From the NCBI GenBank assembly GCA_963714085.1, contig OY970229.1:256001-320000 (forward strand): a DNA stretch of 64,000 nucleotides, read 5' to 3'. Every line of letters begins with the position of its first letter. Within the stretch, counting starts at the first letter, position 1. This stretch comes from an uncultured Candidatus Micrarchaeota archaeon (GTDB lineage: Archaea > Micrarchaeota > Micrarchaeia > Anstonellales > Bilamarchaeaceae). A program made the translations under genes and the position numbers. Of the stretch, positions 18,131-26,936 are shown piece after piece. The notes beneath the pieces were generated by a model, which ran no database searches, was not told where the DNA came from, and saw only the letters and a program-made list of their open reading frames with translations.

Positions 18131-18880
18131 TCATCCCACCCGCTTGGAGATCGACCAGAGGTGCTCGAAGTATTTCGTAAAGGACTCACGAACAAATTTG
18201 TCTTCCATAACGGTGGCGACTGGCGGGTCGCTGTACACCATGATGGCGACCTTGTCCGAGTAGACCAGGATCTCGGTGACCAGGTTCGAGGCAGAAGGGA
18301 GAAGGCGAAGCTGCGTACGCTTCGGGCTCGCGATGGGAAGGGACTCGATCCTGAAATCGCTGTTGAGCAGGAGCCTCTCCCTTACTTTTTTCCTCTTGAT
18401 CTGCATTATGAAATTCTTCCAGAATTCCGTCCCCATGATCTCCGTGGACGCGTTTGACACGCCCATGGCGAAATAATCGCCGGAGCTTATCACCTCGCGC
18501 AGCAGCCCCTTGAACGCCTTCGTGCCGCGGTATATCGTGGCGGACTGCCTCTGCCTGGATTTGGCGAGTTCCGCGGATATCTGCGGCGCCAGGACCGATA
18601 CGACTTTCTTCCGGCTCTCTAATTCGTTGGATTCACGCTCCAGCATCGCAGCAAGGGCCTCGGGAGGCGCGATTGCGAACCTGCGCTTCCCCTCCTCGTT
18701 TATGTAGGTGACGAGCCCGCGCTCGACCAGCTTGTCGAGGTTATCATAGATTATGTTGCGGTGGAAGCCGGTTATCCTCACCAGCTCGCTGGCTATCGCG
18801 GGGCCGTTCTTCAGCAGGGCCAGGAACACCTTCGCCTCGTTGCGGTTCAGGCCTATCCTCTCCAGGTCGGACGAGTCCAT
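18131..18880 (-). CDS. TrmB-family transcriptional regulator
   Basis: IGLNRNEAKVFLALL...IYDNLDKLVERGLV wHTH plus C-terminal effector domain; divergent from the TS-fusion operon. Confidence 0.88.
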   Translation of the reverse strand: MDSSDLERIGLNRNEAKVFLALLKNGPAIASELVRITGFHRNIIYDNLDKLVERGLVTYINEEGKRRFAIAPPEALAAMLERESNELESRKKVVSVLAPQISAELAKSRQRQSATIYRGTKAFKGLLREVISSGDYFAMGVSNASTEIMGTEFWKNFIMQIKRKKVRERLLLNSDFRIESLPIASPKRTQLRLLPSASNLVTEILVYSDKVAIMVYSDPPVATVMEDKFVRESFTKYFEHLWSISKRVG

Positions 18881-18969
18881 GGGTATGGAATGGAACGAAG
18901 GGGTTTTAATTGCTGTCATAGGTTATTGCGACAGAATAATAAATAGCAAGTGATAGAACATAGAACAGC

Positions 18970-20340
18970 ATGAGTGATGATGGAAACAACGGCCCGCGAG
19001 TTTTCATAGCCACATCCATTACCGACAAGATAGGAAAGGAGAAAGAGATCGAGCGCCTGCGGCAGATAGTTGAGATCATAGCCGACGTGGTCGAACGTCA
19101 CGGCGGCAGCACGCAGTGCGCTTTCAGGGAGGAGAACTGGCAGGATGAGAAACAGCCAGAGGTGTACGTGCGCCGGGATTTCAAGTGGTGCAGGGACTGC
19201 GATGGCGCAATTATCATAGCTGAGGATTCCCACGGTGTGCGGATAGAAGAGGGATGGCTTTCCGCGATGGAGAAGCCCATGCTTAGGCTGTTCGAAGGAA
19301 CTGCGAGCTTCCGCAGTGGGCTGGACCAACACTTGGGGATGCTGACTCCGGTCAGCGAGCTGGCATTCGATTGCTTGTCCGAACTCGAAACAGGGGTGGG
19401 GAAATTTGTCGGAACATTGACAGCCGGGCATAAACCGCATGCAGACCAGGTGATAGCCAGCGGCCTGGAGGACGCGTTCCATTCCCTGCTGGAAAGATTC
19501 GAGCACGGAGATGACGTGCGGGAGGCCGCGCCGCGGGGGCAGAGGAGCAAGGACCTGTTCAACTGCCAGGTGCTCATCGAGAATCCGCGGGACAGGCTCA
19601 TATTCAATCCGATAAGGAGAATCAACCTCGCTGCGATAATCGGGGAGACGCTCTGGTACCTGAGAGGGAGCGACTCCTTGGCAGAGATCGCTTATTACGT
19701 GCCGCAGATGGAGAGGTTCAGCGACGACGGGGCCACGATAAACAGCGCCTATGGCAAGCGGCTCGTGCACATGAAGGGGATAGTGGAACAGCTGCGCCTG
19801 GACCCGGACACGAAACGTGCGTATCATCCCATCCTCTTTCCCCACGACCTGGAGACGCTCCCGGATACGAAGGATTTCCCATGCAACCTCGGCGTGCAGT
19901 GGCTCAATCACGGGAACGGGCTCGATATGATAGGATACATGCGGTCATCCGACGTCTTCTGGGGCCTGCAGCACAACGTTTTCTTCTTCACGTTCCTGCA
20001 GGAGATGATGGCGCTTGAGACCGGCCTGCAGCTCGGGAGCTACCGGCACGTGGCTGGAGTGTTCAACATCTATGAGAGGCATTACGGGAAGGCAGAAAGG
20101 ATACGGCACGGCCCCAAAGAGGCCAGCACACCGATGTGCGCGCTCAGGAGCCTGGACGAATTGGAGGAACTGAAGCGGCAGGAGCCGCTCATCCGCAGCG
20201 GGAACGTCAAAACCCGGGAACTCGAGGATGGATTGCTGGAGGATTTCCGGCTCGTGCTGCTTCATAAACGGACAAAGGATGAAGGATACCTCCGGGCGCT
20301 TTCCACAAAGGCCATGAAAAGGATGGCGGTGGGACGATGA
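18970..20340 (+). CDS. Nucleoside-2-deoxyribosyltransferase-like domain fused to thymidylate-synthase-family domain
   Basis: N-terminal RRDFKWCRDCD..SHGVRIEEGW..MEKP; C-terminal ETLWY, SAYG.RL, DFPCN (catalytic Cys), MRSSD..GLQHN, NIYE. Confidence 0.85.
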   Translation: MSDDGNNGPRVFIATSITDKIGKEKEIERLRQIVEIIADVVERHGGSTQCAFREENWQDEKQPEVYVRRDFKWCRDCDGAIIIAEDSHGVRIEEGWLSAMEKPMLRLFEGTASFRSGLDQHLGMLTPVSELAFDCLSELETGVGKFVGTLTAGHKPHADQVIASGLEDAFHSLLERFEHGDDVREAAPRGQRSKDLFNCQVLIENPRDRLIFNPIRRINLAAIIGETLWYLRGSDSLAEIAYYVPQMERFSDDGATINSAYGKRLVHMKGIVEQLRLDPDTKRAYHPILFPHDLETLPDTKDFPCNLGVQWLNHGNGLDMIGYMRSSDVFWGLQHNVFFFTFLQEMMALETGLQLGSYRHVAGVFNIYERHYGKAERIRHGPKEASTPMCALRSLDELEELKRQEPLIRSGNVKTRELEDGLLEDFRLVLLHKRTKDEGYLRALSTKAMKRMAVGR

Positions 20341-21044
20341 GCGTGTTCAGGAGCAGGGAGTTCGCCCTGCGATGGCGGGAGCACGTTCAAGGCGCTGGCA
20401 GCATGATCAGGGCGAAACTCCTCAATCCCAGGCTGGAGGGCCTCATAGGGGGTATAAAGGGCAAGAACGTCCTGGACATCGGGTGCGGCGAGGGATTTTC
20501 TACAAAGCTCCTTGCCAACAAAGGAGCGAAAAGCGTTATCGGTGCGGACGTGAACCCGCATTCTGTCGGATTCGCCGCTCGGGACGTCAGGGAAGCGGTT
20601 TTCCTGGCCGCCAGCGTGGACAGGCTGCCGTTCCCGGATTCCAGCTTCGACCTCGCCTTGTGCTGCAACGTGCTGGTGAACTGCTCGGACGACGAAGTCA
20701 AGGGCGGGGTTAGCGAATTGCGCAGGGTGCTGGTCCCGGACGGCAAAGCCATCGTATCGATAATGCACCCGCTCTACTCGCTGTTCGGCAATGGGATGGG
20801 CGAAGAGGCGGAAAAAGCGAGGCGTTACCAGTTCAACGAGAAGATTTTAGTAGATACGATAGACGGGTTCAAGGATTTCTTCGATTACCGGAGGCCGCTT
20901 TGCTATTATGCCAACGCGTTCACCGATGGCGGCTTCCGCATACGTTCCTTCGACGAGGTGTTCGTTTCCGAATTCGACGGGATCGACGATAAGCACTGGA
21001 AGCGTATCGGGCTGCCGATATTCGCGGTGTTCGGATTGGGCTGA
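20337..21044 (+). CDS. Class I SAM-dependent methyltransferase
   Basis: VLDIGCGEG, LPFPDSSFD, RVL.P.G; ATGA overlap with the upstream gene. Confidence 0.9.
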   Translation: MSVFRSREFALRWREHVQGAGSMIRAKLLNPRLEGLIGGIKGKNVLDIGCGEGFSTKLLANKGAKSVIGADVNPHSVGFAARDVREAVFLAASVDRLPFPDSSFDLALCCNVLVNCSDDEVKGGVSELRRVLVPDGKAIVSIMHPLYSLFGNGMGEEAEKARRYQFNEKILVDTIDGFKDFFDYRRPLCYYANAFTDGGFRIRSFDEVFVSEFDGIDDKHWKRIGLPIFAVFGLG

Positions 21045-21045
21045 T

Positions 21046-21855
21046 TCAGCCCGCTCCGAGCAGCCCTGCCGCGATCATGATGATGCCGAGCAGGAACACG
21101 ATATAGGCCAGGTTTATCTTCTTCACCGCCTTCAGGATGATGTCCAATGCGAGATAGCCGAAGACGAAGCTCGAGAGCGCGAGCAGGATGCCGTCCACAA
21201 CGGGGAACGAGGCGATGCTGCCGCTGATGTAGAAGACCATCTCGGCGAGGACCACCGTGGGTATGCTGAGCAGGAAGCTCAGGTCGAAGCTGCTCTCGCT
21301 GTCGAAGCCGCGCCATATCAGGCCAGTGGTGCTCGTCCCTGCGCGGGAGACGCCCGGGAGTATGCTCAGCCCCTGGAGCAGGCCTGTGAAGATTCCGTCC
21401 TTCCAGTCCGCGCTCTCCGCCTTGCGCATGGCAGCGCCTTTCTGCCTGAGAAGCAGGAAGCCGGTCACGAGCAGGCCGAGGCCCATGATTGCGAAAAGCA
21501 GTCCTCCGTTGATGGACGGAAGGAATTTCTTCTCGATGAGCAGCAATGGCAATCCGACTATGCCGGTCCCGAGCAAAGCTGCGACTATGAAGCCTATTTT
21601 CCCGTCGGCGTGCGTCTTGAAGTCGAGGGGCTGCTTCAGGAACGCGGATAAGAGGCTCATTATCTCCTTGCGGAAATAGATTATCGCGGCAAGCACGGTC
21701 CCGATGTGCAGGTAGAGAAGGATCGCGATTACCGAGGACGGGTCGCCGTGTAGGAACTTCAGGTAGACGAAGGTGTCCTGGGTCTTGGAGCTGACCGGTA
21801 TCCATTCGGTTATCCCCTGCACCAGGCCCAGTATTATTATTGAGAGAATGTCCAT
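21046..21855 (-). CDS. uppP: Undecaprenyl-diphosphate phosphatase (BacA/UppP family)
   Basis: LGLVQGITEWIPVSS, GLLQGLSILPGVSRAG, SFLLSIP. Confidence 0.9.
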   Translation of the reverse strand: MDILSIIILGLVQGITEWIPVSSKTQDTFVYLKFLHGDPSSVIAILLYLHIGTVLAAIIYFRKEIMSLLSAFLKQPLDFKTHADGKIGFIVAALLGTGIVGLPLLLIEKKFLPSINGGLLFAIMGLGLLVTGFLLLRQKGAAMRKAESADWKDGIFTGLLQGLSILPGVSRAGTSTTGLIWRGFDSESSFDLSFLLSIPTVVLAEMVFYISGSIASFPVVDGILLALSSFVFGYLALDIILKAVKKINLAYIVFLLGIIMIAAGLLGAG

Positions 21856-21864
21856 TGCTACTGG

Positions 21865-23163
21865 TTACACCCGCGGTTTTTTTAAATGGTGGGCAGCTTC
21901 TTTTCGAACAGGTTGACTATGGATTGTATCCATTCTCTTGATTGAATCGATATCTAAAGAAAGTAAGGTCCTCAGATTTAAGGGGCGATAACCAATCAAC
22001 TCGATACTAACATTTATGGTCCGTTTATCCCCGTTTATGAACGGATAATCACGAATATCATTGTTGTGCTTATGGCCATGAATTATCCAACCGTCCCACC
22101 TGATGGGTATTTTGTTTGGATCGTGAATAAGAAGGAAATCGTGCCCGCCAAAATTGAGTATTTTATACTCTTTTTTATTGGGTAGACCAGCGTCATGGTT
22201 TCCACCAATATAAACGATTTTTCCGTTAAGTTGTCTGGTCCAATATGAATGCGAATGGGAACTCTTGCCATAAACCAGGTCTCCCAGGAAATACACTGTA
22301 TCACCGCTGTCGATTGTGTTATTCCAGTTATTGATGAGTACTCGGTTCATTTCTTCGGTATCTTTAGATAAAAAGGGACGGTAACAGTAGCGGATTATGT
22401 TCGTATGGTCAAGATGAAGGTCGGATACTATGAACGGATCATCGTGGGATAGTTTTGGTTTGTTTGTAAGTTCGGTCCCGGTCTTAAACCTTAGAAGCGC
22501 TAATGTTCGTTTCATCTGTCTTGAGCTTAATGCTTCTTCACGGCTCAGGAAACGTTTTTGCAAAAGGTCATACTCGAAGACTATCTTGCTTCGGTCGTTC
22601 AACAATGTTATCCTAGTGCCAAATCCGAGTAGATACGGGATTACTTTATTGTAGCGTTTCTTTCCGGTAAATAGCGATAAAACAGAATCGAGTATACCTT
22701 TATCGTCTTTGTTTAAGTAGTTCCAGATGAGAGTATAGCTTTTGTCGGATAGATGATTTCCGATAGTGATATGGAACCATGCTTCACCTTTCCTGTCGAA
22801 AGACTTTGTTTGAGGGGTTATTCTTAGCAACTTTGCCGTTATCTCCTTCTTGAATTTCAGTAGGGAATCCGAAGGGCGGACTTTGAATGCGATTACTTTT
22901 CCTCTCCCATCGGCGTTGTTTTTCCATTCATAACCGTCTACAGTGAATTCGAATGAATCGTACTTTTTTGCAGTTTCTTCTATGCAGTCTCTCAATTGGG
23001 ACAACCGAGTATTTCCAAGATTGAAAGTACCGTATAGAGTGAAATGAGGAACAGTATGAGTAAGTTTAAGGTGGCCTGCTTTCTTTGCATTGATGATAAT
23101 TTGGCGTAGTTTGAACTTCTCGGGACCCATTCGAATTTCTAATAGCACAATAAGATTCCTCAA
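21865..23163 (-). CDS. 2H phosphoesterase fused to calcineurin-like metallophosphoesterase
   Basis: Two HxT motifs (PHFTL, FHITI), then SDLHLDH, LGD, GNHD and HGHKH; markedly AT-rich. Confidence 0.85.
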   Translation of the reverse strand: MRNLIVLLEIRMGPEKFKLRQIIINAKKAGHLKLTHTVPHFTLYGTFNLGNTRLSQLRDCIEETAKKYDSFEFTVDGYEWKNNADGRGKVIAFKVRPSDSLLKFKKEITAKLLRITPQTKSFDRKGEAWFHITIGNHLSDKSYTLIWNYLNKDDKGILDSVLSLFTGKKRYNKVIPYLLGFGTRITLLNDRSKIVFEYDLLQKRFLSREEALSSRQMKRTLALLRFKTGTELTNKPKLSHDDPFIVSDLHLDHTNIIRYCYRPFLSKDTEEMNRVLINNWNNTIDSGDTVYFLGDLVYGKSSHSHSYWTRQLNGKIVYIGGNHDAGLPNKKEYKILNFGGHDFLLIHDPNKIPIRWDGWIIHGHKHNNDIRDYPFINGDKRTINVSIELIGYRPLNLRTLLSLDIDSIKRMDTIHSQPVRKEAAHHLKKPRV

Positions 23164-23344
23164 TCTCAGTTAATAAAATTACCCTTGGAAGTTCAGCATT
23201 CTATGAGTTCAAATTTGGGTCCGTCATACCAGCATAACAGAATCGTTATTTCCGTATTTTTAGAGAGTTTTTGGAATGCCGGGAGATATGAGGTCTACGA
23301 TATACCGTACACCCAACCGGCAGGTAGACTTTTTGCATCCACTT

Positions 23345-24019
23345 TCAGCTTCTCCTCTTGCCCATCAGCTTCAGCAGGTCCAGGAAGAGGTTCACGAAAT
23401 CCAGGTAGAGTGTGAGCGCCGCCAGCACTTCCTTTTTAGTCTCCTCTTCCGTGCCTTCCTCGTCCGGGAGCATCATCGCCTTGATCTTCTGCGTGTCGTA
23501 GGCCGCTAGGCCGGAGAAGACCACGACCCCGATTATGCTGACGATGAAATCAAGGGACGAGCTGTGGAGGAACAGGTTCGCCACAGATGCGATGACGATG
23601 CCGAAAAGCCCCATTATCAGGATGTGCCCCACGTTGGTGAGGTCGGTCTTCGTGAAATAGCCGAAAACGCTCATGAATGCGAACATCGCGGCGGCTATGA
23701 AGAAGACCATGCCGATGGACCCGAGCGTATAGACGAGGAATATCACGGAAAGCGTCAGGCCTGTGATGAAGCAGTAGAAGACGAAGACGAGCTCGCCCAG
23801 GAAGGCCGGGATGCGCTCGATGAACAGGACCAGCCCGCCCACGACCAGGATCTGGAAGATGAGCAGGCCGAAAAAGACCAGGCTGTTCCCTACGATGAGG
23901 TCGGACAGGCCCGGTTCGATTGAAACCACGTAGGCGGTCAGCCCCGAGACCACCAGTCCCAGGAACATCCAGAAATAGACCTTCTGGATGTACGTGTTCG
24001 TCTCTTGGACCGTATTCAT
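23345..24019 (-). CDS. Bax inhibitor-1/YccA-family membrane protein
   Basis: KVYFWMFLGL, AYDTQKIK, ALTLYLDFVNLF. Confidence 0.92.
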   Translation of the reverse strand: MNTVQETNTYIQKVYFWMFLGLVVSGLTAYVVSIEPGLSDLIVGNSLVFFGLLIFQILVVGGLVLFIERIPAFLGELVFVFYCFITGLTLSVIFLVYTLGSIGMVFFIAAAMFAFMSVFGYFTKTDLTNVGHILIMGLFGIVIASVANLFLHSSSLDFIVSIIGVVVFSGLAAYDTQKIKAMMLPDEEGTEEETKKEVLAALTLYLDFVNLFLDLLKLMGKRRS

Positions 24020-24141
24020 GAGCGGACATATACGGCAAAGACGATTTAATCATATCAGTTCAGGGAATCCTCAGGCGCCATGGGACGGCCTTTCATCAGA
24101 TTTATAAGTTATAAGCACGTCATCTGATGCAAGGTGGAATA

Positions 24142-25560
24142 ATGTCCGAAGACAAGCTGCTGAAGACTCTTAACCCGCATCAGAGGGCGTACGTGGATCT
24201 GGACCTCGCCAACCCGGCGAACGGGGAATACATGCTCGGCGCGTTCCGTCTCGTCCCTGCGGACGGGTGCAACGTGCTCCAGGCGGCCTGCGAGGTCGCC
24301 GCGGAATCGTCCACCGGGACCAATTTCCTGGTGAAGACCGAGACCCCGTTCTCCAAGCGGATGAACGCGCTGGTCTACAAGGTGGATTATGCGAAGAAGC
24401 TGGTATTCATCGCCTATCCGTGGAGGCTTTTCGACAGGCACGGGAACGTCCAGAACATACTGACGTACATCGTCGGGAACGTGCTCGGGATGAAGCAGGT
24501 CTCTGAGCTGAAGCTCATCGACGTCTGGTTCCCGCCGTCCATGCTCGAGCAGTACGACGGGCCGAGCTACACCCTGGACGACATGAGGGCGTACCTGAAC
24601 GCCTACGGAAGGCCGATCCTCGGCACCATAGTGAAGCCCAAGATGGGGCTCACGTCCGCGGAATACGCCGAGGTCTGCTACGACTTCTGGGTCGGCGGTG
24701 GCGACTTCGTGAAGAACGACGAGCCGCAGGCTGACCAGGACTTCTGCCCCTATGACAAGATGGTGAGGCACGTGAAGAAGGCCATGGACGCGGCCGTGAA
24801 GAAGACAGGGAAGAAGAAGGTCCACTCGTTCAACGTGTCCGCGGCGGACTTCGACATCATGATATCCAGGTGCGAGATGATACGCAATGCCGGGTTCGAG
24901 CCAGGGAGCTACGCCTTCCTCATAGACGGCCTGACCGCGGGCTGGATGGCGGTGCAGACCCTGAGGAGGAGGTATCCGGACGTGTTCATACACTTCCACC
25001 GCGCGGGCCATGGCGCCTTCACGAGGCCGGAGAACCCGATAGGCTTCTCCGTGCTGGTGCTCTCCAAATTCGCAAGATTGGCCGGCGCCTCCGGCGTGCA
25101 CACCGGCACGGCCGGGGTCGGGAAGATGGCCGGGAGCCCGGAGGAGGACATAATCTCCGCGCACAACATCCTGCGCTTCAAGGAGATGGGGCACATCTTC
25201 GAGCAGAGCTGGGCCACGATACCGGATAATAACAGGTACGCGCAGGAGCTAGTGCGCAACGACCTTGCGCACAAGGTCATACTCAAGGAGGACGACTGGC
25301 GCGGCATAAAGAAATGCTGCCCCATAGTGTCCGGCGGCCTCAACCCGACGCTCCTGGCCGAGTTCATAGACCTCATGGGGGGCGTGGACTTCATAACCAC
25401 CATGGGCGCGGGCTGCAACGCGCATCCGGAAGGAACGCAGGCCGGTGCGACCGCGCTGGTCCAGGCGTGCGAGGCTTATTCCAAAGGCATAGACATCAGG
25501 AAATACGCCAAGAACCATAAGGAGCTGGCGGAAGCGATAGAGTTCTTCTCGAAGAAGTAG
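24142..25560 (+). CDS. rbcL: RuBisCO large subunit, form II/III
   Basis: AAESSTGT, GTIVKPK, GGDFVKNDEPQ, HFHRAGHG, GKM, PIVSGG; an insert before the SGG strand as in form II/III; GGTGG SD before ATG 24142. Confidence 0.93.
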   Translation: MSEDKLLKTLNPHQRAYVDLDLANPANGEYMLGAFRLVPADGCNVLQAACEVAAESSTGTNFLVKTETPFSKRMNALVYKVDYAKKLVFIAYPWRLFDRHGNVQNILTYIVGNVLGMKQVSELKLIDVWFPPSMLEQYDGPSYTLDDMRAYLNAYGRPILGTIVKPKMGLTSAEYAEVCYDFWVGGGDFVKNDEPQADQDFCPYDKMVRHVKKAMDAAVKKTGKKKVHSFNVSAADFDIMISRCEMIRNAGFEPGSYAFLIDGLTAGWMAVQTLRRRYPDVFIHFHRAGHGAFTRPENPIGFSVLVLSKFARLAGASGVHTGTAGVGKMAGSPEEDIISAHNILRFKEMGHIFEQSWATIPDNNRYAQELVRNDLAHKVILKEDDWRGIKKCCPIVSGGLNPTLLAEFIDLMGGVDFITTMGAGCNAHPEGTQAGATALVQACEAYSKGIDIRKYAKNHKELAEAIEFFSKK

Positions 25561-25586
25561 CGGCTTCGGTTAGAAGCGTCAGGCGC

Positions 25587-25766
25587 TTATCTTCGCCTCC
25601 TCTTCGCGGCCGGCTTGACCGCGATCCTTGCCTCGCGCTCCTCCATGTTGTGGTTGTCGTCAACCCCCCTGTCCTGCGTCGCCGCGAGCGCCAGATTGTC
25701 CCCGAGAAGCGAATTGTTCAGCCTTTTAGCGTCCTTGAGGCTCTCGGCCTTCCTTTTCTTGGACAT
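25587..25766 (-). CDS. Small basic hypothetical protein
   Basis: GGTGATATGC-ATG SD and start; about 59 aa. Confidence 0.5.
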   Translation of the reverse strand: MSKKRKAESLKDAKRLNNSLLGDNLALAATQDRGVDDNHNMEEREARIAVKPAAKRRRR

Positions 25767-25891
25767 GCATATCACCGATGGATCGAACCAGGCAAGAGTT
25801 AAGAACCGATTGCAGCGGATATCCGCGGGGCTTGCGATGAGTCGCCATATATGGCAAATAGAGAAGGATTATAAAAGGTTCCGGGCATAAC

Positions 25892-26908
25892 ATGCTTATG
25901 ACATATGAGTCAACACTAGCCCTGGCTGAGGGTTACCTCAGAAAGCACATCGTGCCAGAGGCGGAGTTCGGCCTCGCGCACACCATAGAGACGGACGACT
26001 GGATGTTCCTGGCGGACCCTCGCGTACCCGACAGGCGCATGCAGCTCACGCTCGCGCATACGGGCTCCTACAACGATTGCCTCTCCATCGCGGAGAGGCT
26101 GTACCTCGACATCAGTTCGCGCAATCCGGAACTGGGACCCGCGATGGCCATGAGCACGGGCGCCGACGTGCACAACTGGGTGCAGATACGCGACCCGGAG
26201 ACCCGCGAGATGGCGCAGATAGACGCCACGCCCTGGTTCGCGCGCCTGAACCCGGGGCACGATGGCGCTGAATGGCAGTACGAGCCGCTGCCGATGCTGG
26301 TCCAGCTGATGATGATCCCATTCAGCGTCAGGAAGACAAGGCACGACAGGTTCATCACCGTGGGGCTGGAGGGGATCCTGCCGAGGTGCAGGGACGCAGC
26401 GGAGAAGGACGGCCCCGCGGCAGGTGAGGACGGGCCGCTATTCAGCTTCATTTTCCAGATCCGGAAGGACCTAGGCTTCGGGACCAAGCCGGAACAGGCG
26501 ATGCACGTCTTCATCGACGTCCTGGATATCGACCGGCTGCACGGATCGCTCAAGTCCAAGGGGTCGATGGACGACCTGATTGCGGCCAGGGCGATAAGGG
26601 CCGGTTTCACCGCCTTCTCGGACGAGGGGACCGCGTTCCTCGCGCTTAGCAGCATGGGGGCCATGCACCAGGCGGCCGGGCAGACGCGGGATACTGAGCT
26701 TTTCGCGGAGTTCGACCGTTCTGTGCCGACCATCTTGAAATTATTGTCCGGCGCGGGCTCGCCGCTTCCCATCGCGGGGAGGCTGGACCAGGAGCTGGAC
26801 GTGGCCAACGGGAGAATCAACGCGAGCGACGGCAGGAAATACCGCGATTTCATCAGATTGCTGGACAGGAAGCTGCAGGAGCCGAGAAAGAGGATACGAA
26901 CGGGATGA
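25892..26908 (+). CDS. Hypothetical protein with possible transglutaminase-like Cys-His-Asp triad
   Basis: NDCLS...VHNWV...QIDATP spacing. Confidence 0.55.
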   Translation: MLMTYESTLALAEGYLRKHIVPEAEFGLAHTIETDDWMFLADPRVPDRRMQLTLAHTGSYNDCLSIAERLYLDISSRNPELGPAMAMSTGADVHNWVQIRDPETREMAQIDATPWFARLNPGHDGAEWQYEPLPMLVQLMMIPFSVRKTRHDRFITVGLEGILPRCRDAAEKDGPAAGEDGPLFSFIFQIRKDLGFGTKPEQAMHVFIDVLDIDRLHGSLKSKGSMDDLIAARAIRAGFTAFSDEGTAFLALSSMGAMHQAAGQTRDTELFAEFDRSVPTILKLLSGAGSPLPIAGRLDQELDVANGRINASDGRKYRDFIRLLDRKLQEPRKRIRTG

Positions 26909-26936
26909 TATCCCTAGCATAAAACCAGATAATAAG

